From assembly GCA_964019335.1 (NCBI GenBank), contig OZ025657.1, positions 682,001-746,000 on the forward strand: DNA of 64,000 bases, in the 5' to 3' direction. Each line of letters opens with the position of its first letter. The stretch's first letter is position 1. This DNA is from Diplonema japonicum (taxonomy: Eukaryota; Protista; Euglenozoa: Diplonemea). Shown piece by piece: positions 12,206 to 23,904 of the stretch. The notes beneath the pieces were generated by a model. The model was not told where the DNA came from. It saw nothing but the letters and a program-made list of their open reading frames with translations, and searched no databases. Made by a program: the position numbers and the translations under genes.

Positions 12206-15200
12206 ATGCACCGCTACTCGACATGCATGCTGGCGGCTATTGTGTTTGGTTTTTTGGTGGGTGTGATAGTGATGTGCTTGAGTCTTGCAGCCACTGATGT
12301 TGAGAACTCATACAGCAAGCAGCTAGAGGAAGGAGTGGTGGGGATTGTGGAGGTAGAGGACGTATTGCGGAGTTTAACTACGCATATTTTCACGTGGGCT
12401 ATTCTAAGGTGGCTGCCTGCCATGAATGGCCCTTCAGATGACCTTATCGCCGAGTTCGGCTCTCGAAATGTTGCTGGTTTTCTGCATGGAAGTGTCTCGT
12501 CCATCGGGAAACTCACTCTACCTACACAAGCAGTCACGATCCCAAACTCACGACCAGCGAAACCCCTCGGCAACAACGAAGGGAAGCTCTGCGAAGACGA
12601 TCCTGACGGCGTCCTTGCCTTGCACGAGTTGACGTGTCAGGACAGTTGCGCTCTTAGAGTAAGCAAACTGGGTGTCACGGTTGCCGACCTCTGTCCCATA
12701 TCCTGCTTAACATGCTGTACTGACGACCCTTCCAACATCCTAGCAGCTCTCGACCTTACCTGCGCATCCTATCCTTGCAGTACCAATCTTCATATAATGT
12801 ACCCAGCAATACCAGAAGGCACTTTAGTTAAAGATATCTGCCAGCTTCACTGTGGCGTGTGCTGTGGCTTGCGGACCCCGGATACAAATGCCTCATTTGT
12901 GTTCCAGGGCGCTGGGTTCTGTAAAAGGTCTTGCAATGCCCCTTCAATTATGAAATACAACCCTGTGTCACTAGCTCAGTGCAAGTTGTACTGCCTTGAA
13001 GAACCCAGGTGTAAGGGTGTACAGCACAAGGACATGGAATGCACGCTCTTCTTGCTGAACATAGTTACGGGTAGCCTGCCAAAGATCGACGGTGTCGACG
13101 TTAAGTGTTTTAGTTACGGTGGCGGCGGGACAGTAGCAGATATCAGTGCAGATATCATAACTCTGCCAGAAGGAGAACCGGCAGAGCTTGTGCTGTTCGT
13201 GCGAGATGATCACCAAGTGACCGGCACCAGGAAGACCAGGAACAGCACGTATGAGATCGGACAGATCAACACAGATTCGAGCTTTATAAAAGGACACTGC
13301 AACTACAAAGCAATCCTGGAACTACAGCACGGGGGGGGCATCTGCGCTACCGACTTCAATCAACACAACCCTATAGAGTTCATCTTCTGGGAAGGTGCTG
13401 CAACAGGGTTCGGCTTGGTGTACCGTCCAAAAGGTGTTTTCATCACGTACTACTCTACATGGTCGGTGCCTAGAATTGTGCACCCCGTGTACGGTACGAA
13501 AGGGGGTGCTTTATGGGCAGAGATCAGTGTCAAGGAGCTTTTTACGGATTTCAACTTGATCATGTCGAGCTGGCAAGACAGGTTAGTCGTAGAGATGGAG
13601 ATGGATAAGTATGCCGGGAGACACCTGGCTTACAGCACAGCTGGAGACGTCTTCCGTCTCATTGATGGGCTGTACAGAACAACACATGCTTCTGAGACGT
13701 TTGACCCTCTCGTGCGCAGCTTCTTTCTACAGTACACTGACGCTGGCAACATATCGGCACTATGGAACGGGCCCTCGCTGCCACGTGGATGCCACGACCC
13801 CCCTCAATGCTTCAGCAGACACGCGGTGTCCTGTGAAAACCCAGCACTCTGCCCTATGTCCTGCTCCTTCCCCTGTTCTCCCAACGGTACCGTGACGTAC
13901 TACGTCAAGAGAAAATCTCTCACCATACCTTCCACGGCTGTGACTTTGTGGGTCACCATCCTGAAGACCGATCCCTATATACATGTAAATGACGCACGCC
14001 TCCATGGTGCGTACCTTCTGTTTTTTATTTTGGGAAACGTATTGGTGATAGGCTCACTTGCAGCGTTGCTGGCGATGTACTACTATCTGCTCGTTGATCT
14101 CAACTCTGTTGTGCGCATGCTCGTGAGCTACAAGAATTTGGACTTCTCGGATGCGTGCAAACAGCGTTTCTATCTGTTGGGGATGTGCCACATTGATGTG
14201 GCTTTGCACAGCTTGGCAAGCCAGCTGGCGGACATCTTCGACTTCCTCCCCCCGCAGGTGCGTGCGTCTATCTACGACGACGTGTTTTTGAAGAAGCGCA
14301 GCATAAACACCTCCTCTGACTCCAGCAGCGATGAGCTGGGTTTGTCAGGGTCATCGTCTGAGTCGGACGTGTGGGCATCGCCACGGTTAAATTTGTCAAT
14401 GAGCGACACAGTGGGACCGCCGAAGCTCGCCCTGCTGAAGAAAGTAAACGCAACACTGTTAGTAGTTAATTGCTCGGAGTTCTTGAAGCACCTCAGCAGA
14501 AACCTCTCGAAGAACACCATCACATCTCTCCACTCGAAATACCTGTCGACCGTCTTCAGCAGTGTCAAGATCCACGGTGGCAGCCCCGAGTACTTCTGGG
14601 CGGATCGGGTCACAGCGTCGTTCAACACTCTGCGGCCCATCACAAACCATTGCATGGCTGGGGCTAAGAGTTCACTCGACATCGTGACAAGCATGAAGTG
14701 TGTAGCGGGAGGTGACATCCACATCTCCGTCGGGCTGGGCACTGGGCAGGCCGTCTACGGGGTGATGGGTGCTGATGGGATCAAGACACTGACCATGATC
14801 GGGAAGGTGAACTCCATAGTAAACCGTATGGAGAACCTGAGCTACACCTTCAAACTGAACGTCGTGACACACGACAGCGTGGTGCAGGCACTGATGGGCG
14901 CTGTGGACGCCAAACTGTTCGACGCCGTGAAGCCCACCAGATCGCCCACTGCCGTTGTGGTGTGGGAACTGCTTTCGGTCAGGAAGAACGAAGAAGTCGA
15001 GAATTGGGTATGCCACTATAACACACATAGCCATGACAGCTGTTCCAAACCGACTCTCGTGACGATCTCGCGGTCTACAACCAAGCAATGGGGAAGTACA
15101 TAGCAGGCGAGTACACCGCAGCAAGCGCTATTCTCGCCGAGCAAAACCATGCCATACTGGAGCTTCTCAAACAGAAATTACATGTTGCGATGGTTGAGCA

Positions 15201-16119
15201 TCCCACACAGCCGCCAACCCCCTTAACAGGCCCCCTGTGGCTCCGCACAGACTCGCAGAACGGGCCGCTCACAAGTGTCAAACTCGATGCTGGCGTTGCT
15301 ACGCTGCGCCGTGACAACGAAGTTCTATGTAATAAAGTATGTTGTATACAAAGAAAACCATGTAACCAACAGGCTGATGCGCATGAGAGGCTGTTGATGT
15401 CGCTACTACCTGTTCCTATTATTAAGCAACTCCAGACAGGGGGGACCCCGCCACTGGAGGAATACCCTGCGGGGTCTGTTTTGTTTGCGGATATTGTGGG
15501 CTTCACAGAGAGAAGCGCGCGGATACCCGTGAGGCAGGTGGTGCAGACCTTGGTGGAGTTGTTTGGCGCGTTTGATGCACTGAGCGAATCAAGGGGCGTG
15601 ACGAAGATCAAGACAATCGGCGATTGCTACATGGCGGCAACGGGAGTACCGGTAGGGAGTTCCACCCACGCAGACTCGTGCATAGGGTTTGCTCTGCGGG
15701 TGCTCGGCATAGTCCACGCTTATAACCTAGACAGGACCACAGACATAGCAGTTAGGATAGGGGTGCACAGTGGGTCGGTCATAGGGGGGGTCATTGGGAC
15801 ACGGCAGTTCTGCTTTGATCTATGGGGTGACACCGTCAATGTTGCTGCAAGAATGGAAACTGCTTCCGAGTCGAATAAGGTGCGGTTAACCGCTGCCACC
15901 TACGCACTCCTCAGCCAGTCCACTCTCGCAGACTTTGCAACAACAGAACACCACCCTGTGACTGTCAAAGGAAAGGGCAGTATGGACACTGCACTCGTCA
16001 CCCCTTCTAACAGCATCCTCTCTGACCCCACCCTTCGGTCATATGTCTCTATTAAAAATAATGCGCAAGCATCCGAAAAATTCCAGGCGCTTTTCTTGGC
16101 TGATTTCCTTGGTCTCTAG
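12206..16119 (+). CDS. Receptor-type class III adenylyl cyclase with a Cys-rich extracellular region, one degenerate and one intact cyclase domain
   Basis: ORFs 12029..15103 and 15088..16119 join via intron 15008..15039 (ENW|LFQTD); a further in-frame intron is likely at 15337..15372. C-terminal domain has VLFADIVGFT, KIKTIGDCYM and FDLWGDTVNVAARME (K/D pair indicates adenine specificity). Two TMs flank the Cys-rich region. Confidence 0.85.
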
Positions 16120-16258
16120 GATTTCTAAATTCTAATAGGTTTGCATTTCTATGCTGGCCGCAAAAAGAAAGAAGAAAAAAAGAAGGGAGGGGGGGAAGGA
16201 AAAAGCTATATTTGTGATTGAGGTTTCTTCTTCTTTTTGAGGTCTCTTTAGTGGAGGG

Positions 16259-16289
<31 letters not shown>

Positions 16290-16556
16290 GATATGACCTA
16301 ACCTGGTGACATAAAAGTGGTTTGGTGTTATTTTGCGTTTTGCTTTTTTTTTTTGCTTTTTTTTTTTTTTTTGGCCTCCCAACTTTCTGAAAATATGGTA
16401 AAGAAAAAAGAAGAAAAAAAAAGAAATTGCATAGGGGAGGGAGGGGGCGGGGGCGGCAGGGCAAAGAACGAGAATCTGAACGAAAAAGAACAAAACAAAA
16501 CAAAAAATCCCCCTTTCCCTGAACAAATATAAAAAAATAATAATAATAATAAAAAA

Positions 16557-19250
16557 ATGAACGATGTGGATCGCATCAAAGGAGCTATGAACATCTCTGC
16601 AAGCGAAGAGTTCGTGGGAGGAAAGTTATGGGGACAGAAACCCGTAAGCTGCCAATGCACCAGGAGAGGCGGAGCAAAACTGTGGCTGTTTAGGCACCAT
16701 ATGGGAATTGAGTTTGAGGACGGGCAACAGACTGAAGTCTTAGATTTTAAGAAGGTGAACCTGGAACCAAGCTGGAAGGCATATATCCAAAAAAGTTCTT
16801 TTTCCGTCCCACCTGTGTGCTACGCCGAGTTGCGTGTTGTTCCTTTAGACGTCTCTAAGCCGCCCACAACAGTTGTGTTTACAGACACTGCCAACGGTTG
16901 GGAGGCATCTCGCTCCATTCAGTTTGTATGGCAGTATAACAACAATGAGCTCTCGGAGACATCACACGTGTACCTGTCTTGCAACCGCTTCTCGGATGTC
17001 GTTGCTGTCGCCTCCAAGCTACCCATCGAAGAGCACTGCACTATGGCCACTCGTGACGGCGTCAAGGTTCCAGGCAAGTTGAAGCTCATCAACGGCGGTC
17101 TGCTGCAGTTCATATCTAGTTCGCAAAGACCGAACACCGACATGGAATGGTACTTAGAGGAGGTGCTCATGATACGCAGGAACAAGGGCATCGCGCAAGA
17201 GTCCATCGAGATGCGAGCCATCGTCACAGAGGGCGAACAAAGCAATCGGAAGAGAACAGAGCAAATATCTTTCAGCAACTTCAACGACATGACTTCACTG
17301 GAGGCAGCACTCGTCCGCGCGTGGTGCCTTGACTGCAACTCTGCAGTGAACTTCCGTCTCCGCAACGACATCGACAGCACTTACCTGCCGTCACCCCACA
17401 GGAAGAAGCGTACGTCGGTGGTTGCAAGCTCGATTAAAGAGCTGCCAGACAAAGTTTGCTTTCACGTTAGCGAAGTGATGCAGCTCCTGAGTACATTTCA
17501 GGCTATGGACAGAGACGGCGACGGTGTCATCTCGCGAGACGAATGGCTCAAATCACTTGGTTCTGTTTTCAGCAGGAGCAACATTGTCCCAGACGCCGTC
17601 TTCAGCGTCTTCGACACTGACAACGACAACACAGTGTCCTTCCCGGAGTTCCTGTTTGGATGCCGCATCCTGCACCTTGGCTCCAGCGAGGACAGGATCA
17701 AGTACCAGTACCGTATCTTCGACCCCTCTGGGAGCGGCTACATGACTCTCGAGCAGTTCGTCACCGTGGCGCGTGCCTTGGACGATGCTGTGGACCTCAC
17801 GATCCCCTACGGGGAGGACATCCCGACGTACTGTCGCAGGGTCTTCCAGCAGCTGGACACAAATCGCGAGAGCAGGATCGAGATCAATGAGTTCCACGAG
17901 GCCATTCACTCCGACGAGTCTTTCTCACATGTGAAGAAGGCGCTGTGCGGTTTATCACTCGCGAACTCAAAAGCCAACTCTGGTAAGACAACGACCGGGA
18001 AGCCTGTGTGGTTCGGGGACCCGCAGTGGCAGCAGTGCACCGCAATTCTTAAGGGCATCAAGCTATCTCAAGATTGCCGTGTGCAGGCAGCAAAAGTGAA
18101 AGGGAAGCCCCCCAGGAAGAGCGATATGTTCCAGGACGCCTTCACAGACAAAGCGCAATGGGTGCTTGAGTCAGGGGAGATAGTGAAGAACGGAAGGGCG
18201 AGGAGCGAGAGCCCCAGACGGCGCCCCGAACAATTCTTCACGGATTACTGTCCAAGGGTATTCTTGGCGTTGCAGGAAGCCTTCGGTGTGACCCCTGAGC
18301 AATACAAAGAGTCCTTGGGTATTGACCAACTGCGCAGCAGCATGCTTGTGGGGAGTCTGTCAAACCTGCTCAGTGTCTCAAGCTCAGGGCGCAGCGGGGC
18401 TTTCTTCTTCGCGTCCTACGACGGGCAGTTCATCCTAAAGACAATTGACAAATCTGAAGGGAAAATCTTGCGGCGGTTCCTCCCTGCATACTACAACCAC
18501 GTCATGAAGTACCCGAGCACACTGCTGACAAGGTACTTCGGGTTGCACGCGCTGGGGCATGGGGGTGACAAGATGTACTTCTTGGTGATGAACAACGTGA
18601 TGCAACCGCCCGAGAGGTTCCCCATACAGCTTCGCTACGACCTAAAGGGGAGCACTGTGAACAGAACCACACCACTAGACAGGCGGAAGAACGACGTGGC
18701 GCTGAAGGACTTGGATTTTAAAAGGAAACTGGAGATCGATTCAGAACTGAGACGGCTGCTAATGAACCAGATAAGGGCAGACTCGGGGCTGCTGGCAGGG
18801 GAGAAGCTGAACGATTACTCGTTGCTGATAGGGATCCACACGAACGAGTGTGTCATCGACGATGAGCCGTCGGAGGAGTTTGCACAAGAGCCGTTCTTCA
18901 GAAAATTTGAAGGTGGGATGCTGTCAGGTGATAAGAGAGAGATTTACTTTGTAGGGATTATAGATTTGCTGACATCTTTCGGTCTGCGAAAGAAAGGAGA
19001 GTACACGGTCAAGTCAGTGTGGTACCGTACTGGGAAGGTGTCGTGCGTCCCGCCCGACGAATACCAGGAGCGTTTCGTCCAATATGTGGAGTCCATATTC
19101 CCTGTCCCCACTGCAGTGACCTACCACGACCCCTCCCCCTCACCGCCCTTCCCAATCAATATGCGAAGCCCTTCCATAGCTAACTACGCCTTCCCTACAA
19201 CCAGCATAGACATCATCTCTCCTACCTCACCTACAGCCAAGCGGGTCTGA
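16557..19250 (+). CDS. Phosphatidylinositol phosphate kinase (PIP5K family) with EF-hands
   Basis: EF-hand loops DRDGDGVISRDE, DTDNDNTVSFPE, DPSGSGYMTLEQ, DTNRESRIEINE; PIPK motifs SGRSGAFFF, FILKTI, LVMNNV, YDLKGS, LKDLDF, DYSLLIG, GIIDLL. Confidence 0.92.
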   Translation: MNDVDRIKGAMNISASEEFVGGKLWGQKPVSCQCTRRGGAKLWLFRHHMGIEFEDGQQTEVLDFKKVNLEPSWKAYIQKSSFSVPPVCYAELRVVPLDVSKPPTTVVFTDTANGWEASRSIQFVWQYNNNELSETSHVYLSCNRFSDVVAVASKLPIEEHCTMATRDGVKVPGKLKLINGGLLQFISSSQRPNTDMEWYLEEVLMIRRNKGIAQESIEMRAIVTEGEQSNRKRTEQISFSNFNDMTSLEAALVRAWCLDCNSAVNFRLRNDIDSTYLPSPHRKKRTSVVASSIKELPDKVCFHVSEVMQLLSTFQAMDRDGDGVISRDEWLKSLGSVFSRSNIVPDAVFSVFDTDNDNTVSFPEFLFGCRILHLGSSEDRIKYQYRIFDPSGSGYMTLEQFVTVARALDDAVDLTIPYGEDIPTYCRRVFQQLDTNRESRIEINEFHEAIHSDESFSHVKKALCGLSLANSKANSGKTTTGKPVWFGDPQWQQCTAILKGIKLSQDCRVQAAKVKGKPPRKSDMFQDAFTDKAQWVLESGEIVKNGRARSESPRRRPEQFFTDYCPRVFLALQEAFGVTPEQYKESLGIDQLRSSMLVGSLSNLLSVSSSGRSGAFFFASYDGQFILKTIDKSEGKILRRFLPAYYNHVMKYPSTLLTRYFGLHALGHGGDKMYFLVMNNVMQPPERFPIQLRYDLKGSTVNRTTPLDRRKNDVALKDLDFKRKLEIDSELRRLLMNQIRADSGLLAGEKLNDYSLLIGIHTNECVIDDEPSEEFAQEPFFRKFEGGMLSGDKREIYFVGIIDLLTSFGLRKKGEYTVKSVWYRTGKVSCVPPDEYQERFVQYVESIFPVPTAVTYHDPSPSPPFPINMRSPSIANYAFPTTSIDIISPTSPTAKRV

Positions 19251-20532
19251 TTTTTTTTTTTTTATTTTGTAAATATTTGCAAAGTGGGAAAAGAAAAAGG
19301 AAGAAAAAAAAAAAAAAAAAAAAAAGCCCCGTTTTTTTTTTTCTTCTTCTTTTTTTCTTCAGAATTTGCTGGATGTGATAAAAAAGGAGAGCGGGGCAAG
19401 AGCAGCAATATGAGAGAAATGATTTTTTTTTTTTTTTCACCCACCCTTTTATTTTTTTTTCCTTTTGTTCTCTTATCAGGGGTCCGGTCAGGAGGCAAGT
19501 TTTTCTCGGGGCGAGCAATAAGCAGCTTGCGGCTATCGCAGTCCCTGACAAGCTGCCCCGCAGACATTACGCATACCTTTAAAAGAATAGGTTCTTTTCT
19601 TTTTTTCTTTTTCTTCTTGTTTGTATTTGAGGTCTGTATTGGGTAAAATCTTTTTTCTTTTCACCTAAAAGAGAGAGCCAGTTGCCTCACCACCACATCC
19701 CCACAACACCTTCCGCCGTGATGCGCAGCCCTTTTTTTTTGAGAGAAAATAACGAAAGAAGAAAAAAAAAAAAAGGGAGATGTGACACACAACAAAAAGC
19801 AACTAATTAACTTTAGTTAGGCAAGCAAGCGTTTGAGTAGGAAAGACCACGTAATGGAAAAAAAAAAAAAAAAAAGAAGAAGGCGGGTGTCTTTAACTAC
19901 ACTATCTGATCGAGAAGAAACTAAGAAGGAGAGAGAGAAGAAAAAAAAAAGAGAAAACGAATTGAAAAAAAAGGGGGGGATTAGTTTAATAAAAAGAATA
20001 AAAATAAATAGTGAAATCCTCTCATCGCGTTGCGCCACATAGAAAAAGTGCAAAAGAATAAGTGCATGGGAGCTGGGATATATTTAAAAGGGGAAAAGAG
20101 TTGTAATATGAGTCAGTCCACACACAAAGTGGCGCAGGACTACTTTTTACTTAGAAACTTTTCGGGCTTATATTTGTTTTTGGCTGGTTTCTTCTGTTCC
20201 TCTGTCCCCCCCCCCCCCCCCCCCCTTGTTTTTCTCCGGTATGCACCCCTTCCCCCTTTTTATTGTTCTATTGTTCTTTTACCTTTCTTTTCCCGGCTTT
20301 CCTTTTTTTTTTGGCGCTCGCTAATTGCTACTTTCTTCTACTGTGAATTTCTTTTTTTTTTCCTTTAAACGGTAGTCTTGTTCGTGTTCGGTCACCTCTT
20401 CTATTCATCCTTCGTACCCCCCCCCCCCCCCTTTCTTCTTTCCCCCTCACCCACATTTTATGTAACATTGTTCATTTCATTGAAATCAAGACTTCCTCAT
20501 AGCATTGCCACGACAGCACAGCAGGGAGGGGG

Positions 20533-22746
20533 ATGCCTCAGAAAGGCAGCGACGAGGGGAGGAAGGACACTGTGGCATGGAAGGGAAATGACGAGAGCAG
20601 CACGTGTGAGGACATCGGGTGCCAGAAGACCTTCTCGTTGATGAACAGACGGCACCACTGCAGGAACTGCGGAGGTCTCTTCTGTTCGGGTTGCAGCAAC
20701 AACAAGATTATCATGCCGAAGGTTGGGAATGGCCGGCACAGGGCCTGCAACAAGTGCTACATGAAGTACACTGCCAACTCAGACATCCCTGCAGAGAAGG
20801 ATACCTATTTTGCACTCCTAGTCTCGCGTCTTGTGAGATCACACGAAGAGCTCGTTGAAGCAGGCTTCAGAGTACATTACATACAACCCTTCGCTAAAAG
20901 GTCCACTCAATGGTGTGTCGTGACCCATCCTTCACGGCCTGAAGCCTGCTTTGTGTCCTTCGCCTCTTCCAAGCCTGTATTCGAATGCCTGTTTGAAAAC
21001 CAATCCCTTGACATCGAGACCATCAACGGCAGCAGGGTCCACTCAGGCATTTACACCGCCGTCCAGAACGAGATCAAAGTCTTGCTCTCTGTCCTTTTGA
21101 AGCAGATCCCCGACAGGCAAAACGTTATCTTCTCCGGCTTCTCTCTTGGCGGCGCTATGGCCACTGTTGCTATGATAGAGGTGCTTGCTTCGGGCTTCAG
21201 AAGGCGTGGCACGCAAGCTATCACCTTTGGTGCACCAGCCGTGCTTCACTCTGAAGACGAGGAAGGGGGTAGCAGGGTAAAGCTGCCTAGGAACGTTATA
21301 AAACCGAAAATCACAAATTTTGTTTGCAACTTCGATATTGTGCCCCGCCTCCTTTCCTTCACACCAGGGAACCTCACGTCCTTCCTCCACCACGCAAAGC
21401 AGGCAGACCCCGATGCCGCAGCCGCCTCGTCGACAGGCTTCCTGAAGCTTCTCACAAACACGACACCCCTGCACACCACCTACACACCTGTGGGGACACA
21501 TGTCCTGTTTCAAGTGATCACAGACCTCCCCTCCACCCCCTACCGTCTGTCTGCAGGGGTTATCGAACCCGACCCCAAAGAGGCCCCCGCCAACACCCTC
21601 GCCGCGGAGCTTTTGAACTACATCCCCTTCGACGGCGTGCTGCGCGGGAGGTTTTTCCCTGAGTTTGTAGTAAAACAGAGCATCGAAGCACACACGATGG
21701 AGATGTACTTTCCAGCCATAAGGCACCTGTGCAAGACAGGGTGGGGCTGCATACCGATTAACACGAGTGATCCCACCACAACTGTGCCACAGAGCCCCCC
21801 CAGGAGTGGCGGCGGGCTGTACAACACTTCGAAGCGAGTGCTGACAGTGTTGGGGGCAAACGAGATGGAGATCAGGCCAGGTGGGAACGAGATGCTACCT
21901 GAGGGGGAAAACAAAATAATTGTGGAAGGTGGCTCTGTGAGCAGCTGCCTTGTGAACATGGAGAACGTAGACGAGCTGACGGAGGTCGAGGTGGGCGTGC
22001 GGTTGCTCCAGAACATCATCGACAAGAACGAGGCACCGCAGTTGGAGGTGGTGGAGGGCGACCCGTCGCTGTCCCCTGCCGTCATCGACGGGGGTTCCGC
22101 GTACCCAGTGGCCGTGTGTCTGACACCGTCACAGCTCCTCCTCATCCCCCACAACCCTGGGCGGCCTGCGGTGGTGCACTCCGTTTCTGACATCGACATC
22201 ATCTCGACACCAATGCAGACTGACGTGGAGTGGCCGACAGGGGTGGGGTTCCTGGGGTGGGTCCTTATAAGGGTGTGCCAGAAGTACTTGAAAGTTGCTT
22301 TTAGGGACACAGACACGGCTGTGATGCTGTACAAACTGTTGAAGAACAAGTGCACGGGTGACATGGATGACCCGGAGGTCCTGACCCTCATCGAGGATGA
22401 CGGGCCGCCATCACGGGTGAGCCAGCACTCGACTTCCACTGCAGGAGACTCATGCGAGGGGGCGGTAACAGTTGCAAATGATGAAACTGGTTCTACCTGG
22501 GTGTTCCAGGTGTCCCCTGTGCTGGGATGCGTACTCTTCGAGCAGGGCACTGACCTCGCCCTCCTGTCGGCACTGTATGATGAAGAGGACAATACCTCAC
22601 GAGCTCCCTCGTACCTAGCCAGCGACAGGTGGCTTGCCTTGCACATGCTAGCACGGAAGATGGGCCGTGTCGACGATACCCCTGTCTGGAGGGTCGAGTT
22701 CTCAGACCCTGTCTTCCCGCCATACTGCGAGCCTCTGGGCAAGTAG
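20533..22746 (+). CDS. FYVE zinc finger plus class 3 lipase protein
   Basis: WxxxD...RRHHCRNCGGLFC..C...RACNKC (FYVE); VHSG, GFSLGG nucleophile elbow, TFGAP, DIVPRL and AH (lipase_3). Confidence 0.88.
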   Translation: MPQKGSDEGRKDTVAWKGNDESSTCEDIGCQKTFSLMNRRHHCRNCGGLFCSGCSNNKIIMPKVGNGRHRACNKCYMKYTANSDIPAEKDTYFALLVSRLVRSHEELVEAGFRVHYIQPFAKRSTQWCVVTHPSRPEACFVSFASSKPVFECLFENQSLDIETINGSRVHSGIYTAVQNEIKVLLSVLLKQIPDRQNVIFSGFSLGGAMATVAMIEVLASGFRRRGTQAITFGAPAVLHSEDEEGGSRVKLPRNVIKPKITNFVCNFDIVPRLLSFTPGNLTSFLHHAKQADPDAAAASSTGFLKLLTNTTPLHTTYTPVGTHVLFQVITDLPSTPYRLSAGVIEPDPKEAPANTLAAELLNYIPFDGVLRGRFFPEFVVKQSIEAHTMEMYFPAIRHLCKTGWGCIPINTSDPTTTVPQSPPRSGGGLYNTSKRVLTVLGANEMEIRPGGNEMLPEGENKIIVEGGSVSSCLVNMENVDELTEVEVGVRLLQNIIDKNEAPQLEVVEGDPSLSPAVIDGGSAYPVAVCLTPSQLLLIPHNPGRPAVVHSVSDIDIISTPMQTDVEWPTGVGFLGWVLIRVCQKYLKVAFRDTDTAVMLYKLLKNKCTGDMDDPEVLTLIEDDGPPSRVSQHSTSTAGDSCEGAVTVANDETGSTWVFQVSPVLGCVLFEQGTDLALLSALYDEEDNTSRAPSYLASDRWLALHMLARKMGRVDDTPVWRVEFSDPVFPPYCEPLGK

Positions 22747-23904
22747 GCATATTGAAATGTCGAAGAAAGTTGCGACGCAAAAAGGAGGTGAGGAGAGGGA
22801 GAGAAAAAAAATAAAAAAAAAATAAAAAGAAAGAAACCAACAAATGTTCGTTAATTTTGTTTCTGTGTTTTTCTTTATATCCCCCCCTTCCGGCGTGCCA
22901 CTTGTGTCCCCTTCTATGGTTGCAATCTTTACGATAAGATGAAAAAAAAAAAGAGAAAAAAAACAAAAACAAAAAGTTGTTATGTCTACTGTCTTCTTTT
23001 CTATCGTATCTCTTGATTCGCTCTCTTTTAATTTATTAATGTTGTGGAACAAAAAAGAAATGCCTAACCTGACCCCCCCCCCCCCCCCCCCCCCTCTGCC
23101 CGGATTGGGTCCTTTTCTTTTTTTTCTTCTCTGTCTTTCCACTTCTTGTCTCTTTTTTTGCCTTCTTTTCATTTATTCCTGTTCTGTGGTGAAGATGGGG
23201 GGAATACTTTAAAGAACATATAGAATAGAAATAAAATCACCAAAAAAGAAGAGAAAGAAAACCGAGGGGGAAAAGAAGAAGAAGAAGAAGAAGAAGAAAA
23301 GGCTCTAACAAGATGCGCCACCAATTCCTTATCTTTCTTTCCTCCCTTTTTATTCTACTGGTGGCACTTTGCTCAGGATGTTTGGCCAGTTGAAGAACAA
23401 AAAAAAGGAGGTAAAAAAAGAAAAAAAAAAAAAAAAAAGCCAGGGATTAATATTTTCGTTTTGCATTTTTTCCCCATTTTTTGCTGAGGGGTCAAAGACC
23501 CTTTGTATTTTTTTTCTTAACCCTTCCCCCCCTTCCCCACTTCCCATTACTCCTTTTTAAAGAGAAATCAGTATATCTTTCCAAGGATAATGGGGTGGGT
23601 GCCCTTTGTTTCTGGGGAACAGGATACGCAACAAAAAAAAAAAGAAAGAAATGCAAGGTCAAGTTGTACCAGGGGAGGGGAAAAAAATGGCAGGATCCCT
23701 GGGCTTGGCTATGCTAATGAGAAATATGGTTGGGTGTCTTAAGATTGTGTCGTCCCCCTCCTCCTCATCCCCCTCACTTAGTATTCTTATCTGTTTTTTT
23801 TTTTTTTTTTTCTTCTTCCTTCGTTTTCCCCCCCCCCTTTTTTTAATCCAAAAATACATTGCAATCTGATAGAATACTGCAGCATGCCACCCTGGTAGGG
23901 TAAG

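Noticed and set aside
15000-15103. Apparent frameshifts or pseudogenes in the cyclase, kinases, FA2H and TMEM161-like genes
   Set aside because: Each is resolved by a short canonical intron that restores frame and conserved motifs.
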